Shown: piece by piece, positions 9,433 to 18,075 of the stretch
Layout of the letters: each line of letters starts with the position of its first letter
Numbering within the stretch: the first letter of the stretch is position 1
Origin: a virus
Direction: 5' to 3' (one strand)
Length of the DNA stretch: 64,000 bases
IMG/VR virus record: IMGVR_UViG_3300047284_000202
Span: 1-64,000 of that record
Made by a program: the position numbers and the translations under genes
The notes under the pieces: model-generated
What the model was told of the DNA's origin: nothing
What the model saw: the letters and a program-made list of their open reading frames with translations, nothing else
Database searches by the model: none

Positions 9433-10155
9433 ATGAGTGCAGCATCAGACAAATACGAAAAAGACGTTGCTGATAATGTAAACAAAATTCCAGGAGTTAA
9501 AGCAGAACGTCCACCTGGTGACACTGCTTATGCTGATGTAAAAATTACCTATAAAAATAAGACTCATTGGATGGAAGTGAAGATGAATCACAAAGATAAT
9601 CTTTCCAATCCACGTGTGTATTATGAAAATGGAGTATGGAAGACAACTTACAAAACACCATCCGCAAAAGCAGCAGTTGATATCTTAAATAAAGATCCAA
9701 AGACTCTCAAGTTTTTAAAGGACATTGCTGAATTTTCAGGTATCCCATTCAAAGATCTTAAGATACCAACTACCAAAGGTGGACTAAAGCAACCTGGAGC
9801 AGTTCCTCTTGCTGTTATGAAAATGTATTTCGATCAACCAAAGGTTAATCGTTACATTGCTAACAGTTCTAATATGGATCTCGGTAAAGTTGTAACCGAA
9901 CATTATACAAAAGGTAAGGCAGCACCAGCCTACTACATGCAAGCAGGTGACGACTTCTACAGAATTTCTTCCGAGGATCCTTTTGGTTTTGGTACTAGAA
10001 TACCATTGCTATCTGGCAAGGGGGATTTCAAAGTACGTGTTGCTACCCGTTCCGAGTTCTATGAAGTTCAGGCTGAGATCAAAATTGATCAGATGCCCAC
10101 AAGTAAATATTCACTCAAACCAGGAACTAAAAAAGATAATCCATTCTTGATATAA
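9433..10155 (+). CDS. Hypothetical protein, putative PD-(D/E)XK nuclease
   Basis: YE...AD(V)...MEVK spacing near the N-terminus. Confidence 0.6.
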   Translation: MSAASDKYEKDVADNVNKIPGVKAERPPGDTAYADVKITYKNKTHWMEVKMNHKDNLSNPRVYYENGVWKTTYKTPSAKAAVDILNKDPKTLKFLKDIAEFSGIPFKDLKIPTTKGGLKQPGAVPLAVMKMYFDQPKVNRYIANSSNMDLGKVVTEHYTKGKAAPAYYMQAGDDFYRISSEDPFGFGTRIPLLSGKGDFKVRVATRSEFYEVQAEIKIDQMPTSKYSLKPGTKKDNPFLI

Positions 10156-10158
10156 ATT

Positions 10159-10359
10159 ATGAAAACGAATGAAGATCTGACTAAAGCACTTCAAATTCTC
10201 TTAAACACTAAGAAAATGGAAGTTGCTCTTGCCTATTATGCAACAGTTATGGATTGTAAAATCTCTGTGGCAAAGACTAAAGCATTAAAACATAAATATA
10301 TTATGATGAAAAACTCAGGTTTAGAGTACATTTCAAACAATAAGAACTGGGGTAAATGA
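10159..10359 (+). CDS. Hypothetical protein
   Basis: 66-aa ORF packed between neighbours. Confidence 0.55.
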   Translation: MKTNEDLTKALQILLNTKKMEVALAYYATVMDCKISVAKTKALKHKYIMMKNSGLEYISNNKNWGK

Positions 10360-11528
10360 AGAACTTTAAAGACTTTCTGACCGAAGTAAAGAACGATACT
10401 AATAAGCACGATAACAATCCTAAAACAAAGGATGATAATCTAACTTTTACTTTTGGTAGATTTAATCCACCTCATATTGGACATGAAAAACTTGTGAACG
10501 CAGTTCATGCCAAATCAAAAGGTGGTGATTATAGAATCTATGCTAGTCAATCACAAGACCCCAAAAAGAATCCTCTTCATCCAGAAGAGAAAATGAAGTA
10601 CATGCAGCATTTCTTTCCAGATCATGCAAATAATATTCACAATAATGCAAATAATGTATTTGATATTTTAAAAGGAGCACATCAAGAAGGTTATAAGAGT
10701 GTGCATATTGTAGTGGGTGCAGATAGAGTTAAAGAATTCGAGCACCTTGCTAACAAATATAATGGTTCTGAGATGTACAACTTCAAAAAGATCAAGGTGT
10801 CTTCGGCAGGTGAAAGGCACGACAATGAAGACGGTGGAGTTGAAGGTATGTCCGCATCTAAGATGAGGAAATATGCTCAGTCAAATGACCATCAATTATT
10901 CCATTCTGGTATGCCAGTTCATGTTGATCCCGAAGTGTCAAAAGAATTGATGCAGAAGGTTCAGGGAAGAATGTCAGAAGCACAAAAGAAAAAGGAAAAG
11001 AAACCATCCACAAAGAAAACAACAACAAAGGAGCAATTCGAACTTTGGGAAATTGCACCAAAACTTGATAGGGATGGTCTTCGTGAAAATTATATGGCAG
11101 GAAATATTTTTGAAGTTGGGTCATATGTTCAGCATTTAGATACTGGAATTTCTGGAAAAGTTATTCACCGTGGGACTAACTATGTGATCTATGTTGATGA
11201 GAATGATAACTCATATCGTGGATGGTTGACTCAATTGGCAGAGGGTGCTAATCCAAAAACTCAATGGGAAATTGGTACAGATGCTTATAGGAAAGCAGTA
11301 CAGAAATTAACTCCAGGACAACCAGTTAAGAAATTTTCTGATTTTGTTGCTGATGGTACTAATAGTGCTATTTGGACAGTTAAGTATCAATTAAAAGATA
11401 CTGGAGCTAAGTATCATTACCAAACAGTCACTGGTGTCAATCAGAGAGAGGCACTTATTAAAGCAAAGGCAAAATTAACAACTGCAAAGATAGTCGGATT
11501 ACCACAAAGAAATTTCAAACATAAATAA
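10356..11528 (+). CDS. HIGH-motif nucleotidyltransferase (cyanophage 'cytidyltransferase')
   Basis: FTFGRFNPPHIGHEKL; VVGADRV; MSASKMR. Confidence 0.9.
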   Translation: MKNFKDFLTEVKNDTNKHDNNPKTKDDNLTFTFGRFNPPHIGHEKLVNAVHAKSKGGDYRIYASQSQDPKKNPLHPEEKMKYMQHFFPDHANNIHNNANNVFDILKGAHQEGYKSVHIVVGADRVKEFEHLANKYNGSEMYNFKKIKVSSAGERHDNEDGGVEGMSASKMRKYAQSNDHQLFHSGMPVHVDPEVSKELMQKVQGRMSEAQKKKEKKPSTKKTTTKEQFELWEIAPKLDRDGLRENYMAGNIFEVGSYVQHLDTGISGKVIHRGTNYVIYVDENDNSYRGWLTQLAEGANPKTQWEIGTDAYRKAVQKLTPGQPVKKFSDFVADGTNSAIWTVKYQLKDTGAKYHYQTVTGVNQREALIKAKAKLTTAKIVGLPQRNFKHK

Positions 11529-11563
11529 TACAAGAAAGAATTATACTCTAAGGAGATCCTTGT

Positions 11564-13579
11564 ATGTCAATGTTTTTAGAACTAAGTAGTCGCATGATTG
11601 ACTACTTACCTGAAGAAGTTTCTAAGATTCAGAGAACTATTGAGATTGCTCTTACTGAATCTAATAGTGAAGAGGAGATGTTTGCTAAGGTTGATTCGCA
11701 ACTAACAACAAATCATCTAAGAGAAGGAGCTCGTGAATTCTGGGATGTATGGTCAAATGCATCTGACTATGCAGAACCAGTAACTGAGGGATTCGGTGGA
11801 TTCCCAATTGATAAGGCAAATGTTGCTAAAAATAGAGGTAAGGATCGTAATATTGGTAGAGTATTTGATATTAATGGACAGCAAGTTTTAGCAATCAATA
11901 AGAGAAGCAGTGGTGATTACGTTCTAATGGACAAGACTGGTCGTAGAATGGTGAAGAAAGGTGATGCTATTGGTGCAACTCGTACCGAAAAGGTAGAAGT
12001 AAATCTTTTGGATGTACTTGAAGAAGAGGATTATTCATCATCTGAGTCACCCAACCCATCTTCAAAAAAGAAGGCAGGTAAGACCACTGTTGTCGTCAAT
12101 CCAAAATTAAGTGACCTCATGAAAGAGGGAGCAAAGAAGGATTATGATGGTGATGGTAAACTAGAATCTGGTGCTAAAGAACATGCAGGTGCTGTTCATA
12201 ATGCAATTCAACGTAAGAAGGGTGGCAAACCAGATGGTCAGGACACTACAAATATTAAAGAGAAGATTGATGTAGGTGCTGATGCTGGTAAGACTATCTC
12301 AGATTTTGTTAAATCAAAAGATCCTAGATTTGAGGGTGACACCAAAAAGCAAAGAATTAAGAGAGCACTAGGTGCTTACTACGGTGCACAGAAAGAAGAA
12401 GTTGAAATCCAAGAAGATAAAGATCCTTGCTGGAAAGGATACCAAATGGTTGGTATGAAGAAAAAAGGTGGTAGAGAAGTTCCTAATTGTGTACCCAAAG
12501 AAGAGTATGAAGATCTAGTGGGTCAACTGGTTTCTGAAGGATATGAAGATGAGCAAGTTCGTGAAATTCTTGAAGCAATTGAAGATGGGTTTGAAGTTAT
12601 TTTTGAAGAGAACGGGTATTCTGTTATTACTGAAGAGACTTTAGATGAAGAAGCACAATTCCTTTCTGATGTAGAAGTAGTTGCAGATTGGTTACATGCT
12701 GAAGGTATCATCCATAATGAAGATGAGTTCTTTGAGTTAATGGAAGATCTTTCCGAAGAAGAAATCGAAGAACTATATGATGTTGTACTTGCTGAAGCAG
12801 AAGGTTCTTATGGACAAACTCCTAAGGCTAGATCTGCAATGGGCAAACTGGCTATTAGTAGAATGCGTAAACCCGCAAGTGAGTATTCACAAAGGGGTGA
12901 GAAAACCAAAAAACTAAAGGCAGCAGAAAAGCACACAAGAAGACAGGACCGACTAGCAAGTGGCAATAATCATCATGGTTCGAGAGGTCCAATGGATCAA
13001 GCTCGTAGAAATTGGTCCAGAGGTGCTGATGATTATGGTCATAGCGGATATGATGGAGATGGATATGGTGGTTCAGTAACCAAGAATCCTAAGAAACTTC
13101 GTAAGCAAAAGGCAATGGGGGAGATTGCTAAGGAGCAGTTTGAAATTGATGAAGCAACTGCAATGGCAAAACGTGGATATGACGAAACTAAACTTCGTCA
13201 ACGTGCTGGTGGTGGTGAAGCAGCAGATAGAGCAACTTCATTAGAGAATAGACCAACTTATGGTGATGCTAACAAGGCAAAGCAAAGACAGAATTATGCT
13301 AGAGCACAGAGAGGTGACTTCCGTAAAACTGCATCATCAAATCCTGGACTTCATGGATATTCCCACAAGTCCGATGATCCTAAGGTGAAAGCAAAGCAAG
13401 CAGCAAGAGGTGCTCAGAGAGGTGCACTAACACCTAATGAGAAGAAGAATCTCAACATGGGATATGAGATGATTGGTGATTCTCTAGAGGAAGGTGGAAT
13501 GGAAGTTCGTACTTATTCTTGGAGAGAAGTTATGGGTGAGGCATGGAAAAAAGGAGGTAAGAAGAATGGAAGCTGCTAA
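11564..13579 (+). CDS. Large modular charged protein, putative internal head polyprotein
   Basis: 671 aa; ATAAATA and AAGGAG upstream; basic modules separated by (I/L)xE acidic linkers. Confidence 0.75.
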   Translation: MSMFLELSSRMIDYLPEEVSKIQRTIEIALTESNSEEEMFAKVDSQLTTNHLREGAREFWDVWSNASDYAEPVTEGFGGFPIDKANVAKNRGKDRNIGRVFDINGQQVLAINKRSSGDYVLMDKTGRRMVKKGDAIGATRTEKVEVNLLDVLEEEDYSSSESPNPSSKKKAGKTTVVVNPKLSDLMKEGAKKDYDGDGKLESGAKEHAGAVHNAIQRKKGGKPDGQDTTNIKEKIDVGADAGKTISDFVKSKDPRFEGDTKKQRIKRALGAYYGAQKEEVEIQEDKDPCWKGYQMVGMKKKGGREVPNCVPKEEYEDLVGQLVSEGYEDEQVREILEAIEDGFEVIFEENGYSVITEETLDEEAQFLSDVEVVADWLHAEGIIHNEDEFFELMEDLSEEEIEELYDVVLAEAEGSYGQTPKARSAMGKLAISRMRKPASEYSQRGEKTKKLKAAEKHTRRQDRLASGNNHHGSRGPMDQARRNWSRGADDYGHSGYDGDGYGGSVTKNPKKLRKQKAMGEIAKEQFEIDEATAMAKRGYDETKLRQRAGGGEAADRATSLENRPTYGDANKAKQRQNYARAQRGDFRKTASSNPGLHGYSHKSDDPKVKAKQAARGAQRGALTPNEKKNLNMGYEMIGDSLEEGGMEVRTYSWREVMGEAWKKGGKKNGSC

Positions 13580-15068
13580 TCAACAGGCACAAAAACAATT
13601 GCAACTTCAAAAGCAATTTGCTATGAAAAAGCAACAAATGGAGAGAGCAAAATTGCAGGCAAAGCAACAAGGCAAACTCCCCGTAAATGCTGAATCATTA
13701 GATGCTAAGATTTCTTCTTTAGTTTCTGAGAAAATCTCTAGTTTTTCTGAGGCTGGAGATTGGTGGCATCCAGATCCAGAAAAGGATAAGAAACTTCCTG
13801 GTAGAGGTCCAAAACTAAGAGCACGTGAAGATGCTGCTACTGCAACTAAATCTAAACCAGATTATAGTAAGAGTCTAAAACCAGGTGAGTCCTATATGGA
13901 TTTTGCAAAACGTAAAGCAAGAGGTGAGTCTTATGTTCCTGGACAACCTGCAGAAAAACTCGGTGCTGTAACTGCTATTCCTCAGTCTGAACGTGAAGCA
14001 GCAAAGCAGAGACTCCTTGCCAAAGCAAAGGCAAAGAGAGAAGCAATGCAGAAAGAAGAGACTGATCTTGAAGAAGGCATGACGATGAAGGACTTCAAGA
14101 AGAACCGTAGTCGTCAAAAACAAAAGGAAAAGAGGGCAGCAGAAAAGACTTCACCTCTTCGCAGAGCAGGTATTCATGATGATAAAGCATCTCCCGAGAG
14201 AGCAGCAAGACATCGTGCAAATGTAGATCCTGATTTTGAGGGTAATGATGAAAGAAATTATCCTGGTGGTAAGTTGAAGAGTTTTAAGAAAATGCGCAAA
14301 GCAAAAGCAACTGGAGAACTCACAACTGAAGGTAAAGTTGCTTGGGATGACAAGAAAAATCCAAATCCTTCTGGTTATACCCCAAAAGAAAAGTCTGAGG
14401 CAAAGAGAAAGCAACTAGGTGTAGATAATCCAGATACTCAATCGTTTGAGAAGGGTGGTCCTGGTGAGAAAGAATATGCTAGGCATGGCAATCTTTCCGC
14501 AGCACAGGAAAAGATGAAGAAGAGAGGTGAGCAACCAAAAGGAAAGCCTCATCAGTTTAAGAAAGATCCATTTTGGAAGAAAACTAAAGGTCAGGTAAAA
14601 AGAACGATGTTTGGGACAGATGTTCCTAAGAGTAAAGAGAGTTCTTACCCATCATCAGTAGCAAAGGCAAAGTCTAGAAACGAGGAAACTGAAATGCTAA
14701 CATTCTCGCAATTTATGGAAGCACGCAGAATGGATAAAGAAGGTGTCGATCGTGGGGATTCCCGTCGTTCCGAACGTGCTGAAAGAGCAAAGGCATCTCT
14801 AGCAGCAGTTAAGAAAGGTGCTGAGAGACAACAAAAGATGGCCAAGAAATATGGCACTCCTGTTACAGGTGACACTGTAGAGAAGAGAGCACATAAGAGA
14901 GACTTCCCTGGTTCTCGTCAAGAACCTAAGAAAAAGGGTGAAAAGGAAACTGCACTGCAAACTCACAACAGAAGAGTGAATCGTCAAGTTTCCAGAGTTG
15001 TCAAGCATGGACATACTGCGAAAGAGAAGGAAGCAAGCAGAGGAATGTATTCAAGTAGGTTTGACTAA
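13566..15068 (+). CDS. Large basic modular protein, putative internal head polyprotein
   Basis: AGGAGG RBS before MEAANQQ; K/R-rich modules ending in E. Confidence 0.75.
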   Translation: MEAANQQAQKQLQLQKQFAMKKQQMERAKLQAKQQGKLPVNAESLDAKISSLVSEKISSFSEAGDWWHPDPEKDKKLPGRGPKLRAREDAATATKSKPDYSKSLKPGESYMDFAKRKARGESYVPGQPAEKLGAVTAIPQSEREAAKQRLLAKAKAKREAMQKEETDLEEGMTMKDFKKNRSRQKQKEKRAAEKTSPLRRAGIHDDKASPERAARHRANVDPDFEGNDERNYPGGKLKSFKKMRKAKATGELTTEGKVAWDDKKNPNPSGYTPKEKSEAKRKQLGVDNPDTQSFEKGGPGEKEYARHGNLSAAQEKMKKRGEQPKGKPHQFKKDPFWKKTKGQVKRTMFGTDVPKSKESSYPSSVAKAKSRNEETEMLTFSQFMEARRMDKEGVDRGDSRRSERAERAKASLAAVKKGAERQQKMAKKYGTPVTGDTVEKRAHKRDFPGSRQEPKKKGEKETALQTHNRRVNRQVSRVVKHGHTAKEKEASRGMYSSRFD

Positions 15069-15116
15069 ATAAAAGGGGAAACCCAATACATTAAAAAAAA
15101 GTAAAGGAGGTTAATT

Positions 15117-15290
15117 ATGGGTGCTATCGTAGAGGTTGTAAAACCAATTCTATTTGCTCTTATTGGTTCATGCCACACTAAGAGACTTGTTGTTGAATTA
15201 GTTGAGCGTTATGCTAAAACTACCGACAACGATATTGATGATGTAATTGCTGGTACTGTTCGCACTGCACTTCTTAAGAACTGCCAGTGA
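15117..15290 (+). CDS. 57-aa hypothetical protein
   Basis: AAGGAGG RBS; MGAIVEVVKPILF...TDNDIDD. Confidence 0.75.
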   Translation: MGAIVEVVKPILFALIGSCHTKRLVVELVERYAKTTDNDIDDVIAGTVRTALLKNCQ

Positions 15291-15451
15291 TCAGTTGTTT
15301 AGTTCTTAACTGGGGTATTACTGTTATACTGGGATTACTTCTAGCATTTTCAGAATACCTTGCTAAGACAAAACGATTTAAGGAAAACGGTATTATAGAT
15401 TTCACACGACATCTAATCAAAGCAATGCTATATGGAAAGGGGTCTCACTAA
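15287..15451 (+). CDS. 54-aa membrane protein (holin-like candidate)
   Basis: GTGA overlap; hydrophobic WGITVILGLLLAFSEYL followed by basic residues. Confidence 0.5.
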   Translation: MISCLVLNWGITVILGLLLAFSEYLAKTKRFKENGIIDFTRHLIKAMLYGKGSH

Positions 15452-15470
15452 GACCCCTTTTTTATAAATA
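15437..15470 (+). promoter_or_regulatory. Terminator followed immediately by a late promoter TATAAATA
   Basis: AAGGGGTCT/AGACCCCTT plus T run, then TATAAATA at 15463-15470. Confidence 0.8.
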
Positions 15471-15504
15471 AATACAGGATATCAAAGTTTATTGGGAGAA
15501 CACA

Positions 15505-16107
15505 ATGTCTCTTTACGGAAGAACAGATTCAAACACAAATAAAACAAAGGCAGGTATTGGTATTGCTGCTAGCTCAATCACCCCTACTGTAGTTTTCGTT
15601 GACGAAACCGAAGCAGCACTAAACGAGAACCGCACCCGTGGTATTGATGGTCCTGGCTGGTGGTCGTATTATACTTACACCGATGCAGCAGGTGCTACCA
15701 GATATAAGGTAGAAAAGCTAGTTGCTCTTGGTGATGCAGATACAAATGCTAACGAAACTCAGTCTGATGACACAATCGCAGCAGACGTTGCATCAGCAGT
15801 AACCATCACTGGTCAACCTGCTAATGCAACTACCGTTACTGGTGGTGCAACATTCACAGTTACAACCAGCACAACTGGTACTCCTGGAACTCTTGCATAT
15901 CAGTGGCAACGTCAAACAGCAACAGGAACTAACTGGGCAAATGTTACCAACACTGGAATCTACACTGGTGCTACTACAGCAACTCTAACCCTAACTGGAG
16001 CAACAAACTCAGTTGACGGTTATAAGTATAGAGTGAAGATCACATCTGCTGGTGGTACTGAGGAAGTAACTTCTAACGGTGCAGCAACTCTAACATTCGG
16101 AACTTGA
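15505..16107 (+). CDS. Virion protein with a C-terminal Ig-like domain (Hoc-like)
   Basis: TITGQP...YQWQ...GATTATLTL...DGYKYRVKIT Ig I-set pattern; late promoter upstream. Confidence 0.8.
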   Translation: MSLYGRTDSNTNKTKAGIGIAASSITPTVVFVDETEAALNENRTRGIDGPGWWSYYTYTDAAGATRYKVEKLVALGDADTNANETQSDDTIAADVASAVTITGQPANATTVTGGATFTVTTSTTGTPGTLAYQWQRQTATGTNWANVTNTGIYTGATTATLTLTGATNSVDGYKYRVKITSAGGTEEVTSNGAATLTFGT

Positions 16108-16120
16108 TGAGATGTAACCT

Positions 16121-16492
16121 ATGAGATTTGATGAGTTGAACAGTGATAATTATATAATGTTTGCTATTAAACATTATGAAAATCCTCAGTCTGTTACTAA
16201 GGAAGATTTCGAAGAAGACATTAAGAGATTTAAATACCTTAAACGTCTTCTTCGAAAATACCTGAGAGGTGGTGAATTAAGGACTCATCTAATCTTAAAC
16301 CATATTATAATTTTGTTTAATGTATTTGGTGACGCAACAATTCCATTAATGATGTATAAACTTGAAATGGAATACTGGAGTGCATTGAAAACATTTTTAG
16401 TCTTTTTAGATCGATATCCCGAATTTAATGATGGTTCATTACACGATGTTGATATCGATATGGATATTTTAAACGAACTGGAGAGAGTATAA
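16121..16492 (+). CDS. Conserved T4-like hypothetical protein
   Basis: FAIKHYENP...RTHLILNHIIILFNVFG. Confidence 0.8.
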   Translation: MRFDELNSDNYIMFAIKHYENPQSVTKEDFEEDIKRFKYLKRLLRKYLRGGELRTHLILNHIIILFNVFGDATIPLMMYKLEMEYWSALKTFLVFLDRYPEFNDGSLHDVDIDMDILNELERV

Positions 16493-16648
16493 TGGAAGGT
16501 GGAGCACCCCCAACTAATTCAATCGGAGCAAACCAGGGAGCAGAGGTATCATTACCACCTGCAGTTCAACCAGGAAGACGATTGAAACTTCGTAAAGAGA
16601 TTCAAAGAAGATTAAAGTTCGACCTGCAGAAGATGCAGGATAAGTAAG

Positions 16649-17077
16649 ATGCCATTTGGATTTGGAAATTCTAAAGATATTGCAGTTCTAGAATCAAAGT
16701 TTTTGATCTATGAAGAACTATCAAAGCAGATGCTAGACAAATTAGAAACTGCAGTAAGTAAGATTACTGAATCTAACAATCATATTGCCATGATACTTGC
16801 CAAACATGATGAGAGAATTGATCAAAGTATTAAGACAGATGAACTCATCGTTAAAATGATTGAGGATGTCAAGCATCAGAACTCAGAAGAACACAAATCA
16901 GTTATCAAAAGATTAGAAACTGTAGAAGCAAATGTAAACGAACTATCAAAGTTCAAATGGCAAGCAGCAGCCTTGGTGGGTGCTGCTGTTTTGTTGGTGG
17001 GGTTCCTGGTCCCCTTTGTTGACAACCTGATGCCAAACCACTATAATGGAGGGACTGAGCAGACCCAATCCAAATGA
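16649..17077 (+). CDS. Coiled-coil protein with a C-terminal TM helix
   Basis: Heptad-rich body, then KWQAAALVGAAVLLVGFLV. Confidence 0.75.
   Translation: MPFGFGNSKDIAVLESKFLIYEELSKQMLDKLETAVSKITESNNHIAMILAKHDERIDQSIKTDELIVKMIEDVKHQNSEEHKSVIKRLETVEANVNELSKFKWQAAALVGAAVLLVGFLVPFVDNLMPNHYNGGTEQTQSK
17019..17047 (+). promoter_or_regulatory. Sigma70-type early promoter for the primase/nrd operon
   Basis: Perfect TTGACA-17-TATAAT inside the upstream ORF. Confidence 0.85.
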
Positions 17078-18075
17078 ATTTCGTTGATGCTAAGTATGTT
17101 TCGTTAATCTCAAATCGTTTTGAAAAATTTGCAAGAAAAAAAGATAATCTTTATAATCTTCGATGCCCCTACTGTGGAGACTCTCAGAAGCACAGGAATA
17201 AAGCACGGGGATATTTTTATGAGAAAAAAGGTGACTTTGTTTTCAAATGCCATAATTGTGGAGTAGGAAGAACACTTTCAAATTTCTTAAAGGATCATGC
17301 ACAGGATCTACACAAACAGTATATCCTTGAGAGTTTTAAAGAGACTACAGTTGGCAAAGGAACATTTCGACCAGAACCAAAATTCGATTTTAAAAAGACG
17401 ACATTTGAGCATAAGGTTGACGGAATTATTTCCATAGACAAACTAAATAAAGAACACCCAGCAGTTCAATACTTAGCAAAACGACAAGTTCCTGAAGAAA
17501 AATATTCAGAACTCTACTATGCCGAGAAGTATAAAACCTGGGTAAATACTCAAAAAAATACATTTAAAGTTATAGATCCTGATCATTCTAGAATTGTTAT
17601 TCCACTCATTTCTAATGGTGTTTGGTTTGGATTTCAAGCACGGGCATTAAATCCCAGAAATCCTCTGAGATATATTACAACAATCCTTGATGAGGATCAA
17701 CCTAAGATTTTTAATTTAGATGGTGTCGATTATGCTGATACAGTTTATATTACTGAAGGTCCCTTGGATAGTTTATTCGTAGATAACTGTATTGCGATGG
17801 TCGGTGCTGATATAGATTGGGGATTTTTACTCTCAAATGAAGATGTTGATTTTGTCTTCATCTATGACAACGAACCACGTAATAAGCAAATTGTCGATAG
17901 GATGGAAAATCTTATTGCTAAGGGATTACCTATTGTTATTTGGCCAAAATCTATCAAACAAAAAGATGTCAATGACATGGTATTGGCTGGACATGACGTA
18001 AATAATCTGATACAATCTAATACCTTTCAAGGTTTAGAAGCAAAAGTAAAACTCGCAGAATGGAAAAAAGTATGA
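17074..18075 (+). CDS. gp61: DNA primase (T4 gp61)
   Basis: Zn finger CPYCGDS...CHNC; TOPRIM EGPLDS, YDNE, KDVND. Confidence 0.96.
   Translation: MNFVDAKYVSLISNRFEKFARKKDNLYNLRCPYCGDSQKHRNKARGYFYEKKGDFVFKCHNCGVGRTLSNFLKDHAQDLHKQYILESFKETTVGKGTFRPEPKFDFKKTTFEHKVDGIISIDKLNKEHPAVQYLAKRQVPEEKYSELYYAEKYKTWVNTQKNTFKVIDPDHSRIVIPLISNGVWFGFQARALNPRNPLRYITTILDEDQPKIFNLDGVDYADTVYITEGPLDSLFVDNCIAMVGADIDWGFLLSNEDVDFVFIYDNEPRNKQIVDRMENLIAKGLPIVIWPKSIKQKDVNDMVLAGHDVNNLIQSNTFQGLEAKVKLAEWKKV

Noticed and set aside
13540-13580. A-run GGAAAAAAGG as a frameshift joining the two polyprotein ORFs
   Set aside because: The downstream ORF is in the +1 frame and has its own AGGAGG RBS and ATG at 13566
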